DNA of 64,000 nt from Eledone cirrhosa (lineage: Eukaryota), in NCBI GenBank assembly GCA_964016885.1, contig OZ024743.1, forward strand, positions 216,814,001-216,878,000, written 5' to 3'. The position numbers were made by a program, and so were the translations under genes. A model generated the notes under the pieces. It saw nothing but the letters and a program-made list of their open reading frames with translations, ran no database searches and was not told the DNA's origin. Positions 62,109 through 64,000 of this stretch are shown here, in pieces (the first letter of the stretch is position 1; each line of letters opens with the position of its first letter).

Positions 62109-62811
62109 ATAAATGGAAAAAATTAAACGAAATTTCATTTCTCACTCTTAGTACGGCTGTTACTTAAATATAAGTATGTATACGTACATACATATATGTA
62201 TACAGACGTACACTAGTATGTATATATATACATACATGCACATATATATATATATATGTATGTATTGATTTACCGAACATTTATTATAATGCTCGGTTTG
62301 TTTGTAAACAAACATCCCGAATTAAGCCGTAGAGTGTTTAGCAACCATCGATGCCCTTTTGTCAACTCTCACAAAGGAAGGATGTACTAGTTTCAAGCTT
62401 ATTAGCTATCGTCAGCACCGTATACCTTCCTGCCAGACGATTGAACGTCTGAAAGTATATACTTTCCTTATGCATATTAACGGCTGAGCAGCCTAATTTG
62501 CATATCGAGTGATTTAATCGGCCGGGCACACCATAAACGATAAATGGAAAAAATGAAACGAAATTTCGTTTCTCACTCTTAGTACGGCTGTAACTTAAAT
62601 GTTTGTATGTATATGTACATACATATATGTATACAGGCGTACAAGAGTATGTATATATATATACATACGTGCACACATATATATATGTACGTATGGATTT
62701 ACCGAACATTTATTATAATGCATAAGGAAAGTATATACTTTCAGAACAAAGAGCAACGATGGTTACTAAACACTGTACCGCTTAATTCGGGATGTTTGTT
62801 TACAAACAAAC
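62109..62811 (-). mobile_element. ~1.4 diverged units (~430 bp) of the 466-bp retrozyme-like family plus short inverted fragments; HHR with intact core at 62381-62420
   Basis: Minus strand CGGUG-CUGACGA-UAGCUAAUAAGCUU-GAAA-CUAG-UA-CAUC; also shares ggctgagcagcctaatttgcata with the array unit. Confidence 0.85.
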
Positions 62812-63758
62812 CGGTTAAAGATGGAGCGGTATTTATGACCTATGGGAAAGTGTCTATCTAAGAGGGCTAGACATTTTTTTCCTACATTGGTTTTAACGTT
62901 GAGTGAGAAGGGAGGAGAGAACCTGATAGTTTGTTTATTGTTGCGCTTACTTTTCTTAATGGTGTTGTTGCTAGTGGAATACCGATCCATCTTTAACCGA
63001 CACAAAGTTAAACTAGGATGCTCCTGCGCTAAGAACATGAAGACCCACATCACCAGCAGCCCTAGGAGCAACACCCCACCCGGGTGCTCTTGCCGTAAGC
63101 CGGAAGCTTGCCCACTTCAACAGCAATGCAACAGACCAGCTGTAATTTATGAAGCTGTAGTCACTTCCAACCGACCAAACGAACCACAGGAGGTCAAATC
63201 CTATATGGGCATGGTGGAGGGCCGATTTAAGGAACGTTTACTGAACCACTAATCTACCTTCAGGTACCCGGACAGACGTTCATCCACGAAACACGCGAGC
63301 CCCGTATGGTCCCTCAAGGACTCAAGTATACTCAATTCAATGGAAAGCCATCACTAAGACCAATCCATACGCAAGGGGAAATCCGACGTGTGGCTTATGT
63401 ATTGACGAACGAATAACTATTCTAAAGAGCTTACACAATAATGATTGCCTAAACACGATAAATGAATTTTTCACACGTTGTCCACAAGTCGCCAAACACC
63501 TATTGCATAACTACAAAGCTCCGGACTAATTCTTTGTAATTTTATTTTCAACCTAAAAACTTTTCAGACTTTCGCAGTTATCTCCCTTACACCTCTCGCA
63601 CGCAGTCTAGTATTGCCTGTGTGAAGTGACAGGGTTTCTGCGCATGCGCGTTCGTACGGTTGTCCTTCCTGTTTCTATAACCATGCCCATTCCGAGCTGA
63701 GGATCCGCAAAGATCAAACAATTGTTCTCGGTATGGTGAACTAATTGTTGTGTAACTA

Positions 63759-63760
<2 letters not shown>
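62811..63760 (+). mobile_element. 5'-truncated PLE of a third family (GIY-YIG region) with an inverted 5' segment (62811-~62975), 3' UTR and degenerate HHR
   Basis: Inverted part FSPPFSLNVKTNVGKKCLALLDRHFP...YRSIFNR. Forward part YRSIFNRHKVKL...CSCRKPEACPLQQQC...VIYEA...YMG...FKERLLNH...CGLC...LNTINEFFTRC. HHR-like motif at 63692-63731 has GAAA changed to CAAA. Confidence 0.85.
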
Positions 63761-63831
<71 letters not shown>

Positions 63832-63895
63832 GTAGAACACTGGAAGGTAATATCCGTAGAGGTAGAGCACTCAGTCCATGGGACGAGTTTGGTTG

Positions 63896-64000
63896 AAGTA
63901 GTAACACAAGAGTTAGTTCACCATACCGAGAACAATTGTTTCACCTTAGCGGATCTTCAGCTCGTACTGGTCATGGTTATGCGGAACAGGAAGAACAACC
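63896..64000 (-). mobile_element. Inverted copy of the same PLE 3' end with an intact minimal HHR core at 63927-63964; runs off the window
   Basis: CGAG-CUGAAGA-UCCGCUAAGGU-GAAA-CAAUUG-UU-CUCG; homologous to 63657-63761. Confidence 0.8.

Overview
AT-rich, repeat-dominated eukaryotic DNA with no intact host gene that I can support. The SINE, RTE LINE and very long (TA)n tracts suggest an octopus or other cephalopod (inference). The window holds a 5'-truncated RTE-clade LINE, more than a dozen copies of one tRNA-derived SINE, and three distinct Penelope-like retroelement (PLE) families (RT and/or GIY-YIG), mostly in head-to-head inverted configurations. Several non-coding units sit inside (TA)n tracts and carry hammerhead ribozyme (HHR) motifs, so they look like retrozymes: a 466-468 bp tandem array, a 310 bp unit, PLE 3'-end HHRs and a solo HHR. 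The most unusual signal is a ~620/~696 bp tandem-repeat family at 5.7-8.0 kb and 47.2-48.4 kb. It contains the UH, GAAA and CUGAUGA hammerhead core segments with covarying stems I and III, but in a non-circularly permuted (pseudoknotted) order and almost without stem II. Nearly all ORFs in the supplied track are microsatellite artefacts. Coordinates were read by eye and may be off by a few bases.
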